A DNA stretch of 64,000 nucleotides from Eledone cirrhosa (Eukaryota). The translations under genes and the position numbers were made by a program. The stretch lies in contig OZ024744.1 of the NCBI GenBank assembly GCA_964016885.1, forward strand, positions 86,986,001-87,050,000. Reading direction: 5' to 3'. The notes under the pieces were generated by a model. It had not been told where the DNA came from and did not search any database. It saw only the letters and a list, made by a program, of their open reading frames with translations. Positions 52,676 through 64,000 of the stretch are shown here, in pieces. Numbering within the stretch: position 1 is the first letter of the stretch; each line of letters starts with the position of its first letter.

Positions 52676-54766
52676 TTACCGTATTTTTGGTAGAGGAGGG
52701 ATGGTTTTTACATCCCTTTTCACTTGATCGTCTGGTGAAGGGACCGTTGAATCGTCCCTTCGGCTGGTCGTCGGCTCTTCTAAGAGAATGTCTGAATATA
52801 CTCTTCGATTAATGGTTCCTCCTAGGTCCCTGAAATCACCAACTGCGTTGGGGAATTTCGTTTTAATGTTTGTGTATTGTTTCTGTGCTATTTTTAGCAG
52901 TCTTATGTTAGTTGGCGTTTTGATTGGTGCTGGTATTATGTAGTCCTGTTGTGAAATGTCTGTGTGTTCAATTATGTAAGTCATTAGTTTCTTGTTGTGT
53001 GTGTTTATTGCCGTGCATTTGTTTTTCTGGGGGTGGGGTGTGGTTCTGCTATTTTCTTGTCGTTGTTGCTGGGTGTGTGTGTTTTGTTGTTGTGTTTGCG
53101 ATGTTGGTGCTTGTGGTGTTGAAGGTGTTGTTGGCGGTGGGGTTGTCGCCGGTGGTGATGGTGGTGCTGGTGTGGGTGGTGATGGTGTTGGTGGTGTTGC
53201 TGCTGTGGGTCTCTTTGCAGTAGACTTTACCCTTTTCTCATTTCTTTCCTCCCTTTTCAAAGGCGACGATGCGCTGCTTCTGCGTTTGTGCCTTCTTGAG
53301 ACCTTTTGCCATCCCTCTCCCACCTCACACTCCATGTCTGATTCTGTAAGGTCGGGGAGGGGTACCAGCTCCACTCTTTCACTTGTTGTTGTTGGTGATG
53401 TTTGCACTGGAGTCTCTGTTGCAGCTGCATTTGGTATTGCTGTTGTTGTTGTTAATATTTCCACTGCTGCTGCTGTCTTTGATTTCCGTGGAGTGGGTAT
53501 GGGTGCCACGGACCTATCGTTCCTGGTTGCCGCTTGTCCTGTTGCTGGTAGCCGTGGAACCGGATTCGGGAGGAGGGGGGTTTTCTCCTTTCTCAGGGTC
53601 TTCTCGTTGCAGAAGGCCCTGAGGTGAGTCTTCGATCCACAGCGAAAGCATTTCGGGCGTTTGCCCTCAACACTTATGGGCAGTTGAGTGCCGTTATCGA
53701 AGTCTATCACATCCGGGATAGCTTCGATGCACTCCTGGTTGGTTTGGATTAGCATCTCAATGGAGGAGCCGACCCAATCTTCTCTTACTTTTTTCTGTAC
53801 TTGCAGTACAGTTGTTTTGTCCTCGATTCCGACGAGGACAGACGCGGCCAGCCAAGAAGGGGTCATTCCGGGGGGGACGTGGGTCAGTTTGACCCTCACA
53901 ATTTTTTGCCCGCAATAGGAGGGCACCAACACCATTTCCTCGCTCCTTAGGGTCACTACTGATTGGGCCTTTGCCTCCTGGGGTGTGGCAAAAAGTACGT
54001 CTACGGTGGCATATTTTTTGCCTCGGGTGATGTGCGTTTTCCTCTGCCACACAGACCCCAAGGCTTTTTGTATTTGGGCCTCTGTGGCTCTTTCCACCCT
54101 ACGGGATTTTGTACTTACTGTACGGTACGTGACCGTACAGTGCTCTTGGGTTTCGAAAAAATTTTTCGCTGCCTTGCAGATTGCTCGGTGTCCGTTCTTT
54201 GTCACCATCTTCTTCGCTTCCTCTAATTCCTCATTTGTTATGAGGATTGTTTCCAGGTTTTTCGCAATACCTGCAAATGAGATTGGTTTTTCTCTGCTGT
54301 TGTTGTTGTCGTCAGAGCTGCTGGTACTTTTGTTGTTGCTGCAGGTACTACGACTACTGCCTCCGCCGCTGTTGCTGTGGTTGTTGTTGGTGTTGCTGCT
54401 GCTAATGCTGTTGTTGTTTATGCTGCTGGTGATGCTGTTGCGGCTGCTACTGTTGTTTTCATTGTCACTGTTGCTGTTGTTATTACGGCTGCTACTGCTA
54501 TTATTCCTGACGTCAGACGAATGAACTGGGTTTTCGTATTTCCCGCACACCTGTTTCGTCGCTGTCGTCGTCGTCGTGGAGAAACCTTGCACGCTTTGCA
54601 CGAGACTTTTCTTTTCTTTCGTCGCTTGCGAAAGAGAAGGGAGGGAGAGAGACACATTTAAAGAAGGGAGGGAGAGAGACAATCTTCTCTCTGCTGTAGT
54701 GATGATTGAGGAAGAAGAAGACGGAATGAGTGGGAGTGACGTATGAAATTTCTTTTTGGTAGCCAT
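52676..54766 (-). CDS. Tx1 ORF1p (gag-like, single CCHC zinc knuckle, S/N-rich and P/T-rich low-complexity regions)
   Basis: Open frame from ATG 54766 (the track start at 54799 is TTG); CFRCGSKTHLRAFC; GWQKVSRRHKRR motif. Confidence 0.9.
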   Translation of the reverse strand: MATKKKFHTSLPLIPSSSSSIITTAERRLSLSLPSLNVSLSLPSLSQATKEKKSLVQSVQGFSTTTTTATKQVCGKYENPVHSSDVRNNSSSSRNNNSNSDNENNSSSRNSITSSINNNSISSSNTNNNHSNSGGGSSRSTCSNNKSTSSSDDNNNSREKPISFAGIAKNLETILITNEELEEAKKMVTKNGHRAICKAAKNFFETQEHCTVTYRTVSTKSRRVERATEAQIQKALGSVWQRKTHITRGKKYATVDVLFATPQEAKAQSVVTLRSEEMVLVPSYCGQKIVRVKLTHVPPGMTPSWLAASVLVGIEDKTTVLQVQKKVREDWVGSSIEMLIQTNQECIEAIPDVIDFDNGTQLPISVEGKRPKCFRCGSKTHLRAFCNEKTLRKEKTPLLPNPVPRLPATGQAATRNDRSVAPIPTPRKSKTAAAVEILTTTTAIPNAAATETPVQTSPTTTSERVELVPLPDLTESDMECEVGEGWQKVSRRHKRRSSASSPLKREERNEKRVKSTAKRPTAATPPTPSPPTPAPPSPPATTPPPTTPSTPQAPTSQTQQQNTHTQQQRQENSRTTPHPQKNKCTAINTHNKKLMTYIIEHTDISQQDYIIPAPIKTPTNIRLLKIAQKQYTNIKTKFPNAVGDFRDLGGTINRRVYSDILLEEPTTSRRDDSTVPSPDDQVKRDVKTIPPLPKIR

Positions 54767-54979
54767 GTTTTTTTGTTTAAAATGAAATTTTGGGTACAAA
54801 ACCCCAATAACTGGTTATTTAACCCCGAAGGGCCAAATAACGGACAGAAAGACCCCTCTCACGAGGAGGAGGGTGTCTTTATCAACAATTTGGTTCAAGT
54901 TTTAGACAATTTACAATTGTTTTAACGGTTAAAAATTACTATACCTTACAGAGCCGAGCCTCCGTCAACCATGGCATTC

Positions 54980-55015
<36 letters not shown>

Positions 55016-55017
<2 letters not shown>

Positions 55018-58000
55018 TATCTTTATTAACCACAAGGGTTTACATAAAGTAGACATTGAGGACAGCGTAGGACAATACAGGACGGTACAAATGGGCATTT
55101 CTGCGTGTAAATAACAAAAACAGAGGATGTAACAAAAAATAACAATGAAAAATTCCCCAATAGGGGGGAGACTTCGGAGGGACATTTGTGGAGAAAGCCC
55201 AGTAAAAGGCCACAGTGACCCTGGCCACCAAGGCAAGTGCCCTCTCCCAGTTTTCCACCTTTAATTTACAGATACGTACTCAGATTAGGCCCATTCACTC
55301 GGGCCATTCTTGCTTCTCTCACCCATCTTTTAACAAAATGCTGGGAAGAGAGCACTTCCCTCTCTACTCTGATTTTCCTTTTCAAATGAAATATATAAAA
55401 GGTCAATCAGGGCATCACCGAAGAGGTAAGTGCTCGTCTTCAGCCCTTTCAAATGTGTCCACCATACTATCACTTTCGCCATGGCCACCAGACAGATAAA
55501 AACTGCCTGCCCTTCCCGGCTAAAGGAAGAGGGCAGGGCAATCCTCACAATGGACTCAGCTGATAGCTGGATCCGTCCTACACGCGACAGCAGGTGTTTG
55601 ACGTAAACCCACAAGTCAGCAATTTTCGGACACTGGACGAGTGCGTGCAGGATGGTTTCGTCGCCCTGCGCGCATCTTGGACCTGCCCGGCTGACGGCAC
55701 CTCCATGCCTATAGAGTTTATCCCGAACTGGCAAGGCTCCTCGGTAGCACTGCCAGGCCAGAGATTTCTGGAAGTTGTCCATAGGTCCCGGCCCGAAAGT
55801 TCTTCCGAAGAGATTGGCTAGTTGATTTTCGTCGACACCTAGAATTTCCCCAAGTACGTCGTCGCTCTTCCCCTCCACTAATCCTCTATAGAACGCCGAG
55901 GTGGAGTTTCCACCGATCACATTGCCCGATTGGTCGAGGGCTGTGAGCGCCTGAAGACATTCCAGTCTCCAAGCGCTCCCTCTCGGTCTTCGCTTGACCC
56001 AGGACTGCAGTTCCGTCAAGGAAACGAGCTGGGGAAATACGTGTCTAGCAAACGGCGACCACACCTGATCACCGTCGAGGAAGAGGTGGAGATGTCGTAG
56101 CCTGAGCGGGTGCCTGCGCATCATCAGCCACGGCTTGTCCAGCCCTCCACGTAGCGGGTGTTGACAGCAGATGGACCGCCTGACCATCGGAGCGCGTCTC
56201 TTCCACAAAAAACGAAAAAGAAAACGCTCCAGCGCAGTCAGGCGAGGCTTAGGACAAGGTACGACGGTCAGGCGGTAGCAGATAACAGACGCGATGTACG
56301 CGTTAGCCACCTCCGCTCGACCTTTCAGGGATAGCTTCCTCTCCGACCATTTCTGAGTGAGCAAAGCCACCATGCTCGTCACCTCGTCCCAGTTTTTGTC
56401 CGTCTTGAGGTACGGACCGAACCAGACCCCTAGCAATTTAACCGGTCCGTCCGTCCAGCGCCCGACGACGCTGTTGGACGACATGGACCTGCCTCTCCAG
56501 GTGCCGAGCTGCAGGCCCACTGGCTTTTCCTGGTTGATCATTGCGCCTCTCACCGCTTCGTATTCTCTTAGTGTAGTGCCGATCGCCTCAATGTGTTTGG
56601 CGTTCGACACCACTACGGTGACATCGTCCGCATATGCTGACACGGATCTTCCGCATCCTTGTTCGCGCGGGACCCCACTCAACGTCTCCAGTTTCTGCAG
56701 TAATGGCTCGAGAGTCAATACGTACAAGATGGACGAGAGGGGACATCCTTGGCGGACCGAGCGCTTGATGTTGAACGGTTCAGAGCAGATGTCGTTGTAT
56801 ATGGCAGCGATCCAGCCTCTGAAGACGGGCCCAAAGCCAGCCGCCCTCAAGACTGCCGCTAGGTAACGATGGTCGACCCTATCGAAAGCTTTCGACTGAT
56901 CTAAATTGATCAAGGACCCACCCGTGCCAGATTCCCTAGCTACCCTCTCTACGATGTATCGCATGAGGTGGAGGTTGTCGTGGATGGATCTGTCGGGAAT
57001 GGCGCACGTCTGCGCCTCTCCCAGCAGACCACCAACGACAAGCGCCAACCTCTTTGCTAGCACCTTGGCCAAAATTTTGAACTCTCTGTTTAGCAGATTT
57101 ATGGGCCTAAAATTATCTATGTTATCCCCCTTGTTCGGATCCTTTCTCAGCAGCGCCACAGCTCCTCGGCTCACAGAGCTGGGAATTCTCCCGTTCTGTT
57201 GCCAGTTGCAGTAGATGTCCGCCAAGAGGCCTCCGAACAAGTCTGGCATCTGTACGTAAAGTTCATAGGGCAGACCATCCAAAATCAGGCGATTTACCCC
57301 TTGTCCAGCCAGTCATTGCCTCCCGTACTTCAGCGGCTGTTATCGGCTTTACACTTCGCCTCAGTGGCCAAGAGCCGCGGCAATCCATGGAGGTAAACAC
57401 AAAAGTCCACCACTCGATCCGGCGCGCCGCTTCCCCCGAACAGCTGTGCGAAGTATCGCTGAAAAGCTTCACACATTTGCCCGGGATCGAGTAGCATGCC
57501 CCCGTCGTAGTCCACCAAAGACCGGATCGTTGCTTTGTTGCCATGACGCGCCTCCACCACTCGGGCCCATTGAACGGCTTTCGTCCCCTCGTGTCTGTGA
57601 GCACGCACCCTAGCTCTGACAACGCAGCCTTCGTGCTTTGCATTGAAGAATTGGTCAAGGCCCAATTTCGCCGCAAGCACGTCGGTCGCGATGCCTTTGC
57701 TAAGCGCCTCGTCTAATTTTCTAACTAATTCTCACTCTGCTCTATTTTTCTCTATTGCTAAAGCCTTACTAAACCTAATGGACTCTATTCTAATTGCTCT
57801 TTTCACAGCAAACCACCACTTGTTGTTGACGATGGCCCCCGTCAACGCCCGCTTAACTAGTTCGCTAATCCGGTCTCTGTATGTCTTGCGCGCTGGTAAG
57901 GACGCGCTTAGCTTTTAGCTTCCAGTAGCCGGGTCCTCGTCTATGAAGCCTATCTAAGTCAAGCACATATATCACGAATTTGTGGTACGTGTAGCTGACT

Positions 58001-60769
58001 ATCTTGAATTGTAGACAGCCTATGCTAGACCTATCTATTTCCCTACAAAATACTCTATCTAGATATGATCTGGATGACCCTATGCGATTTGTCCAAGTCC
58101 ACATTGGCACATTCGGGAAATCCAATCGGTACCTGTCAGACAGTTCAAAACGCCTGAGCAGGTTGGTGAGGCTCTTGCACCCTCCTCCTCTATCTGCTAA
58201 TTCCACACAGTCCAAGCGTGCATCTAAGATTCCGTTCCAGTCGCCAACTAACACTAAAGAGCTGGACGTTCCAAGGAAGGTCTCCAGACGCCGGAAGAAA
58301 TCAGGTCGCCCCGCTCCTCTCGGAGCATATACAGCCACTAGCCTGAAAGCTTGCCCGTTTTCCGCTGGTCACGTCCAGCACCACCAACTTACCTTCTGGG
58401 TCCAGTAAGATGGCCCTTATGGCGAGATCCAAACCTCTCCGAAAAAGCACAGCAACTCCTCCCCCCCGATCCCGGACGGCTGGGAGATGCGTACACATCG
58501 TAGCCGCAGAAGATCGATGCGAAGGCCCGTGCTTCGGAGATTCTGGTCTCGCTGATGGCCACTACAGCTATGTTTAGTGACCTGAGGTCGTTGAGCAGGT
58601 GGCCCTGCTTCCATGACGACCCCAAGCCACGCGCATTTATGCTGCCTATTCTGAGAGAGGTCATGTTCAAATGGAGTGGAAAAGATGGGAAAGACCACTT
58701 ACCTTACTTCTCGTAGGGGAAGGATGGTTTGTCCATCCTTTTCACTGCTTGTGGCCTCCTCCGGAAGGATGTCCTTATAAATCCTCCTGGAGAGTGTTTG
58801 TCGGAAGTCTCCGATGTCTTTGTGGAATTTTTGTTTTAGTGTCGTGTACGTTTTCTGTGTGATGCGAGTGATTTGTATGTGTGGAGGTTGTGTGAACTTT
58901 TGGGTTGTTGTGTAGTCTTTTTCTGTGATGCCGGTGTTGTGTTGCATGTAGTGTAATAATTGGTTGTTCAAATTTAATGCTGTGTAGTGTGTATCGTTTT
59001 GGTTGTTTTGTTTTGTTTGCGTTTGTTGTGGGTTTGTTTCTGTTACGCTTTTTGGTGGCTTTTGTGGTGTTCGTGATGGTATTGGTGTTTGTGGTGATGG
59101 GGTTGGTGATGCTGGTGTGGATGGTGACATATCTGTCCTAACTTTTTTGTTTGTTAATTTATTTGTTTCCCTCTGCATTTTGTTTTTGGAGGGGGAAGGA
59201 AGAGAATTTTTTTCTTTTTTGGTTTCTTTTTTTTTTCTTTCCTGATACCGTTTCCCACTCCTCGTCGTCACAATCTGTCTCCAGTTGCGATAGGCCAGGG
59301 AGTGGAAAATCCTCCACAGGCGTTGGTTTTGGTTGTGGCGTGGTGGATGATGTAGGCGCTGGTGCTAGTTCTGGCGCGTTGGGTGGTGGTGGTGTTGGTT
59401 TTGCTACTGTTGCTGGGGTTGTTGCTGTTACAGTTGCTTCTGTTGTTGCTGCCATTTCTGCTGCTGGTGGTGTTGATGGTTGAGTCACTGGGGTGGGTAA
59501 GAGAAGTCGCCTCAACCATTTAGCCTGAGGGCAGAAAGCCCTTAGGTGGGTTCCTTCACCACAAACGACACACCTAGATCTTATTCCCTCGACGATTACG
59601 GTGAGGTGGCTGCCCTCAGTGAGGTCTATTACCTCTGGGATCTCCTAAATGCTTTTATGGTCCGCTTGGATCAGGAGCTCCATCCCAGATCCGGACCAGT
59701 TCTCCTGCTTTTCTTTTGCTATTTCTATTATTTTGGTGTTGGCCTCGATGCCGGCGAGGACGGCAGCCATTAGCCAGGGAATTTCGATGGCCGGTGGAAC
59801 GTGGGTCACCCTGATCTTCACAAGTCTCTGGCCACAATAGCTTGGGACGAGTGTGAAGTCGTCACTTCTTAATGGGGCCATGGAGTGTTCTCTGGCCTCC
59901 TGTGGTGTTTCAATGAACACGTCCACGGTTCCATACTTCTGCCCACGTCTGATGTGCGTTGTTTTTGCCCACACATGTCCCAAAGCTTTTTGGATTTGGG
60001 ACTCGGATGCCCGTTCCACTCGGCGCGATTTTATGTTAATTGTCCGATAAGACGCGGTGCATAGGCGACGTTGCTTCATTTTATTAGGTGGGGGGGGGGG
60101 CTGACCCTGTACCCATCTTTCTTTACCATTCCTTTGGCTTCTTCTAATTCCTCCTGAGTTACCTGGATCGCTTCGCACGTTTTTGCTACTCTGGCAAAAC
60201 TTAGGGTAGTTTTCTTAATTTCATTGTTGTTGTTGTTGTTATCGTTATTTTTGCTATTGTTAATTTTACTTTCAGATGTGGTGGTGGTGGCGTCAGTGGT
60301 GTTCGGTGTGGAAGAGTTCATTTTGTTAAATTCATTTCGATATCACGAGTTAATTTTTTGTTTTTTTTTTGTTTATGTTGTCGCTGTGGTGGTGGTGGTG
60401 GTGGTGGGGTGGGGGGGGGGGGTTGTCGCGGTGGTGGTGGTGGTGGCGGCTTTAACACCTGCAGTCATTGGTAATGGCGGGAAATGAACGTCTGCCTGAG
60501 ACAAATTAAAAATATTGCTACTGCTTACATTTCCAGTGTTTGCAAACGTAGCAATATTTACAATGGTGGTGTCGGTGTGAGGTGTAACATTTTTGTTTGA
60601 TAATTATAAAAAGTTTAAATTTTGGCCCCAATCTTTTTGAGTGTCTTTCTCAGAAATCAATGTATGTGCACTTATATCCAGTTAACAATAAAAATTTTCC
60701 ATAAATGGCAATTTTAAACAACTGAAAATAACAAACCTTTGCGGCGCTCACGATGATACGTAGGTCGCC
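55016..60769 (-). mobile_element. Full-length, frameshifted Tx1 element (copy C), head-to-tail with copy B
   Basis: ORF2 pieces 55330-58664 near-identical to copy B; ORF1 pieces 58699-60321; (TTA)n at both ends. Confidence 0.93.
55330..58664 (-). pseudogene. Tx1 ORF2 pseudogene
   Basis: Split across ORFs 58389-58670, 57865-58338, 57330-57680 and 55330-57282. Confidence 0.9.
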
Positions 60770-60813
<44 letters not shown>

Positions 60814-61069
60814 TGATGATGATGATGATGATGATAATGATGATGACGTTGTTGTTGATGATAATAGTAATATTAATATTATCATTGTCATCATCATCAT
60901 AGTCATCAACAACAACAATAATAATAATTTGTTTATATCTAATAATAATAATACGAAGAAGAAGAAGAAGAAGAAGAAGAAGGAGGAGGAGGAGGAGGAG
61001 GAGGGGGAGGGGGGGGGAGAAGAAGAAGAAGAAGAAGAAGAAGAAGATGACGACGACGACGAAGAAGAA
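60770..61069. repeat. Compound (AAT)n(GAT)n(GAA)n(GGA)n microsatellite
   Basis: Read directly. Confidence 0.92.
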
Positions 61070-63300
61070 TTTCTTTTATTGGTCACAAGGGCCCAAGTCG
61101 TCAAGACTCAGAGCGTATTTATGTGTGGGGAGTTTAGTTTGAGTAAATGAGTTGGTTCAACAATAGCAATAAAACAAATTAAAATATAATTAATGATAAA
61201 TAAATCTAAGATTACAGAATAAAGGAGGGTAACATGGAACTAGGAAAGGGTCTCTAAATTGATGGAGAAAACATGTGGCAGGATTCAGCACAGCCAAAAC
61301 ACCGACCATCCGATTACCCTGACTCAGTAAAACAAATACTTTTCCACAATTCTTGCTGTATAGTTAAAGGGGATACATTTACGCCTGCCAATTTCGCCAC
61401 TCGTACTCATTTTTTCCTAAATTTACTGAAGGGCACCATTTCCTTCTCTTCTCTCAAGTGGTATTTAATGATGTTTTTCATTGCTAGTCATGAGAAGAAA
61501 TGATGTGGCCTCAACATTTTCAAACTGCGATGAACATAACACTTTTGTCGACACGGCCACAAGAGAGTGGAAGAGTACGAATTTGATTTGCCAAAGGAAG
61601 GTTGGGGTTCGCTCTACACAATATATTCGGCTAATAACTGGGTCTAAAGACAAGAGTTATTTAACATAAACCCCTCAGATCAACAATGCAAAGATACCGA
61701 CCGTGTGCGTCCCGTATGGTTTTGTGTATCCGCATACACTTCGAGTTAATTTGATTGATGGTTGTGGATGTTAATAAAACCCACTGTATCTCTGCCATAT
61801 GAGGTATTTTAGAAACTATCTGTTATGCCTCCAATTGCATGTCCTCCCGAGTAGGCTACCCAGACTTTCTTCCTCGATGCCTAGAATCTCTACACTAATA
61901 TAATCTTTGCTAGAATTCCCACCTATTAGATGATCCATCTGGTCGTAAGCTGTGCGTCTTGGGCAACATTCCTGCTGCCAATTATTCAATATTGATTTGC
62001 GTTTGATATAGTATTGCAACTCAGTCAATAAGACAAGCTCCATAGAGTGTGTTAGCAGAAGATACACTCTTGGAGCATCGAGGCTTGCCCCTTCCACACG
62101 AAATGAAAGGACACACGCTTTAATAATTTCTAGGACAAGGCAAGACGGTCAAGCGCTAATGCATAGTCAAAGAAAGGTAGCTTCCTTTCAGCCCCTTTTA
62201 TTTTAGTGTCAGTGGTCACCACTTACGTGACCTCTTCCTAGATTCTATCCACACTGATATCAGATCCGAACTGCACCATAAGTACATTTACTAGATCCTT
62301 GGTTCTGTGACTGAAACTGGCTTTCAGTTGCTGATTTGCAGACATACTGAATTATTCCGGTTAATACATTTCCTTACCTTGTGGTACTCCGCCAGAATGG
62401 TGATTAACTTTGTAGATATCATATATGTAAAAATCTCTCTTTCCAGTTTTTTAGCTGCATTCAACAAAGCAATCTTTTTTACCTTAGTCCCCAGTTTGCC
62501 CTACCTGATACAAAGCAAACGGCAAAACGAGTTTAACAATAGTTTCTACTGAATACCATGTATCTTCTACAGCTGACAAAAAGTATTCGACAAAATTTCA
62601 CAAATCAGAAATGTTTTATCACATCGAGCGAATCTTCGCCAGGTCAGGTTGATGTTACCCTGTGCCTGTAACTTTCAACTAGAAACGTCAACGCTCCTCA
62701 GTAGTACTTTTGGGTCAGTGACATTTAAAAACTCTCCATAATTCCCGGGTCGAATTTTCTTTGTATCAGACCAGCCAATTGGTTCTTGTTTCTGAAGCCT
62801 TGAATATTTTCAATTTTCCCCACCACTTGTCAACTATCGACTATCAACCTTGCTCGGTTAGCAGAGCATACCGAACGCCTGAGAAAATTCCACATACCAG
62901 AAGCTATGTCTTGGTCTATGTTAGACCCAGGACTGCAGCCCTGTCAATAGTATGAGGCGTGAAAAGATCTGCCTGAGGACCACATGGGCTGTCCTCATCG
63001 ACGAATCTTTGAAGATGCCGAATCCATGGCGCATGTCTTCGCATCATTGAGTAGCAAGCCCTCCACACAGAAGGTGTTGGCAATAGATGGCCCTTCTGGC
63101 GTGTAGAAGGCACCCCTGCTACAAAACAAAAAAAGTAAACAATCCAATTTATTCAGACCATAGCTCGAGCATGGCGCAACAGTTGCAAGTTAAATTACAT
63201 TTTTAAAGAAACGAGCGCCTCATTCACCATCTGTTCCCGACTTCTCTGAACTAGATTCCTCACAGTCCATTCTTGTAATTCGGGACTGGGGCCTTACCAT
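61070..63300 (-). mobile_element. Old, degenerate Tx1-like remnants (probably two stacked partial copies)
   Basis: SMMRRHAPWIRHLQRFVDED matches LMMRRHALRLRHLHLFLDGD; AYDQMDH matches AFDRVDH; 3' end AATAAAAGAAA at ~61070-61080. Confidence 0.6.
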
Positions 63301-63489
63301 ATATTGCGTCGCATCTTTTCGGCTTGAAAATGTTCTTAATGTGTTATGTCATTATGGATAAACGAATACACTGCAGCAGTGTAATAACAATATAATCGAA
63401 ACAAACGGCAATAACCACACGTAACGGAACAACAATCTTTTAAGAACCAACAATCCAACACACTAACTCGAACTGTGACTTGAACCACA

Positions 63490-63720
63490 ACTTTTACTAT
63501 CAACACATGATCTGTGGAACTAGTACAAACTTTGACTATCAACACACGAACTGTGGAACTAGTACCAACTTTGACTATCAACACAAGATCTGTGGAACTA
63601 GTACCAACTTCGACTATCAACACATGAACTGTGGAACTAGTACCAACTCCAACTACCAACACAGGAACTGTGGAACTAGTACCAACTTTGACTATCAACA
63701 CACAAACTGTGAAACTAGTT
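63490..63720. repeat. 39-bp minisatellite, ~6 units
   Basis: Consensus ACTTTGACTATCAACACACGAACTGTGGAACTAGTACCA. Confidence 0.9.
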
Positions 63721-64000
63721 TGTGTTCCCCACTTACTCAGGCCGCTACTATTTATATGTAGTGGTCCAGCTCATTCTCGCCAGGGGGCGTCGCACTCTCG
63801 CACAACATAATGTTACACGTGTCTGTTGAATTCTCAAACATTCACGAGTAGGAAGTTCGGTGGATTGGGTAACTGAATGTTCGTTATTGACCCCGGTAGA
63901 GGATCCATCATGTCTGCTCGATCAAATTTGACATAAACGTAAACACAAACATCTTCAAAATGATGGAGGTACTGTTTAAAATTTATGAGTAGAAATATCA

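Larger units (their letters stand above)
48968..54979 (-). mobile_element. Full-length, essentially intact Tx1-clade non-LTR retrotransposon (copy B, ~6.0 kb)
   Basis: 5' UTR, ORF1, 35-nt spacer, ORF2, ~260-nt 3' UTR with AATAAA; (TTA)n at both ends. Confidence 0.95.

Noticed and set aside
63490-63720. 39-bp repeat as a CRISPR array
   Set aside because: Units are contiguous without spacers, and no cas genes are present

Overview
Repeat-saturated, AT-rich eukaryotic DNA with no recognisable host gene. The dense (TA)n/(CA)n/(TAA)n microsatellites and Nin-domain tRNA-SINEs suggest a mollusc, probably a cephalopod such as Octopus (inference). The window holds three full-length Tx1-clade (L1 group) non-LTR retrotransposons on the minus strand, all flanked by (TTA)n. 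One is essentially intact (48968-54979) and sits head-to-tail with a second copy. Also present are older Tx1 debris, Dong/R4, RTE and HERO-like LINE fragments, a decayed Helitron, non-autonomous Helitrons, a MITE and many SINEs. The main unannotated signal is non-coding: at least five unrelated families of small (TA)n-associated elements carry minimal type-I hammerhead ribozyme motifs (CUGANGA...GAAA with a palindromic stem III). These include a 421-433 bp tandem repeat with one hammerhead per unit and covarying stem-I pairs, resembling a non-LTR retrozyme or Penelope-driven circRNA element. A second signal is a conserved 52-53 nt GTAAGT...CAG intron-like spacer in all three Tx1 copies, whose removal would fuse ORF1 and ORF2 in frame. 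Most short ORFs in the supplied track are microsatellite or antisense artefacts.
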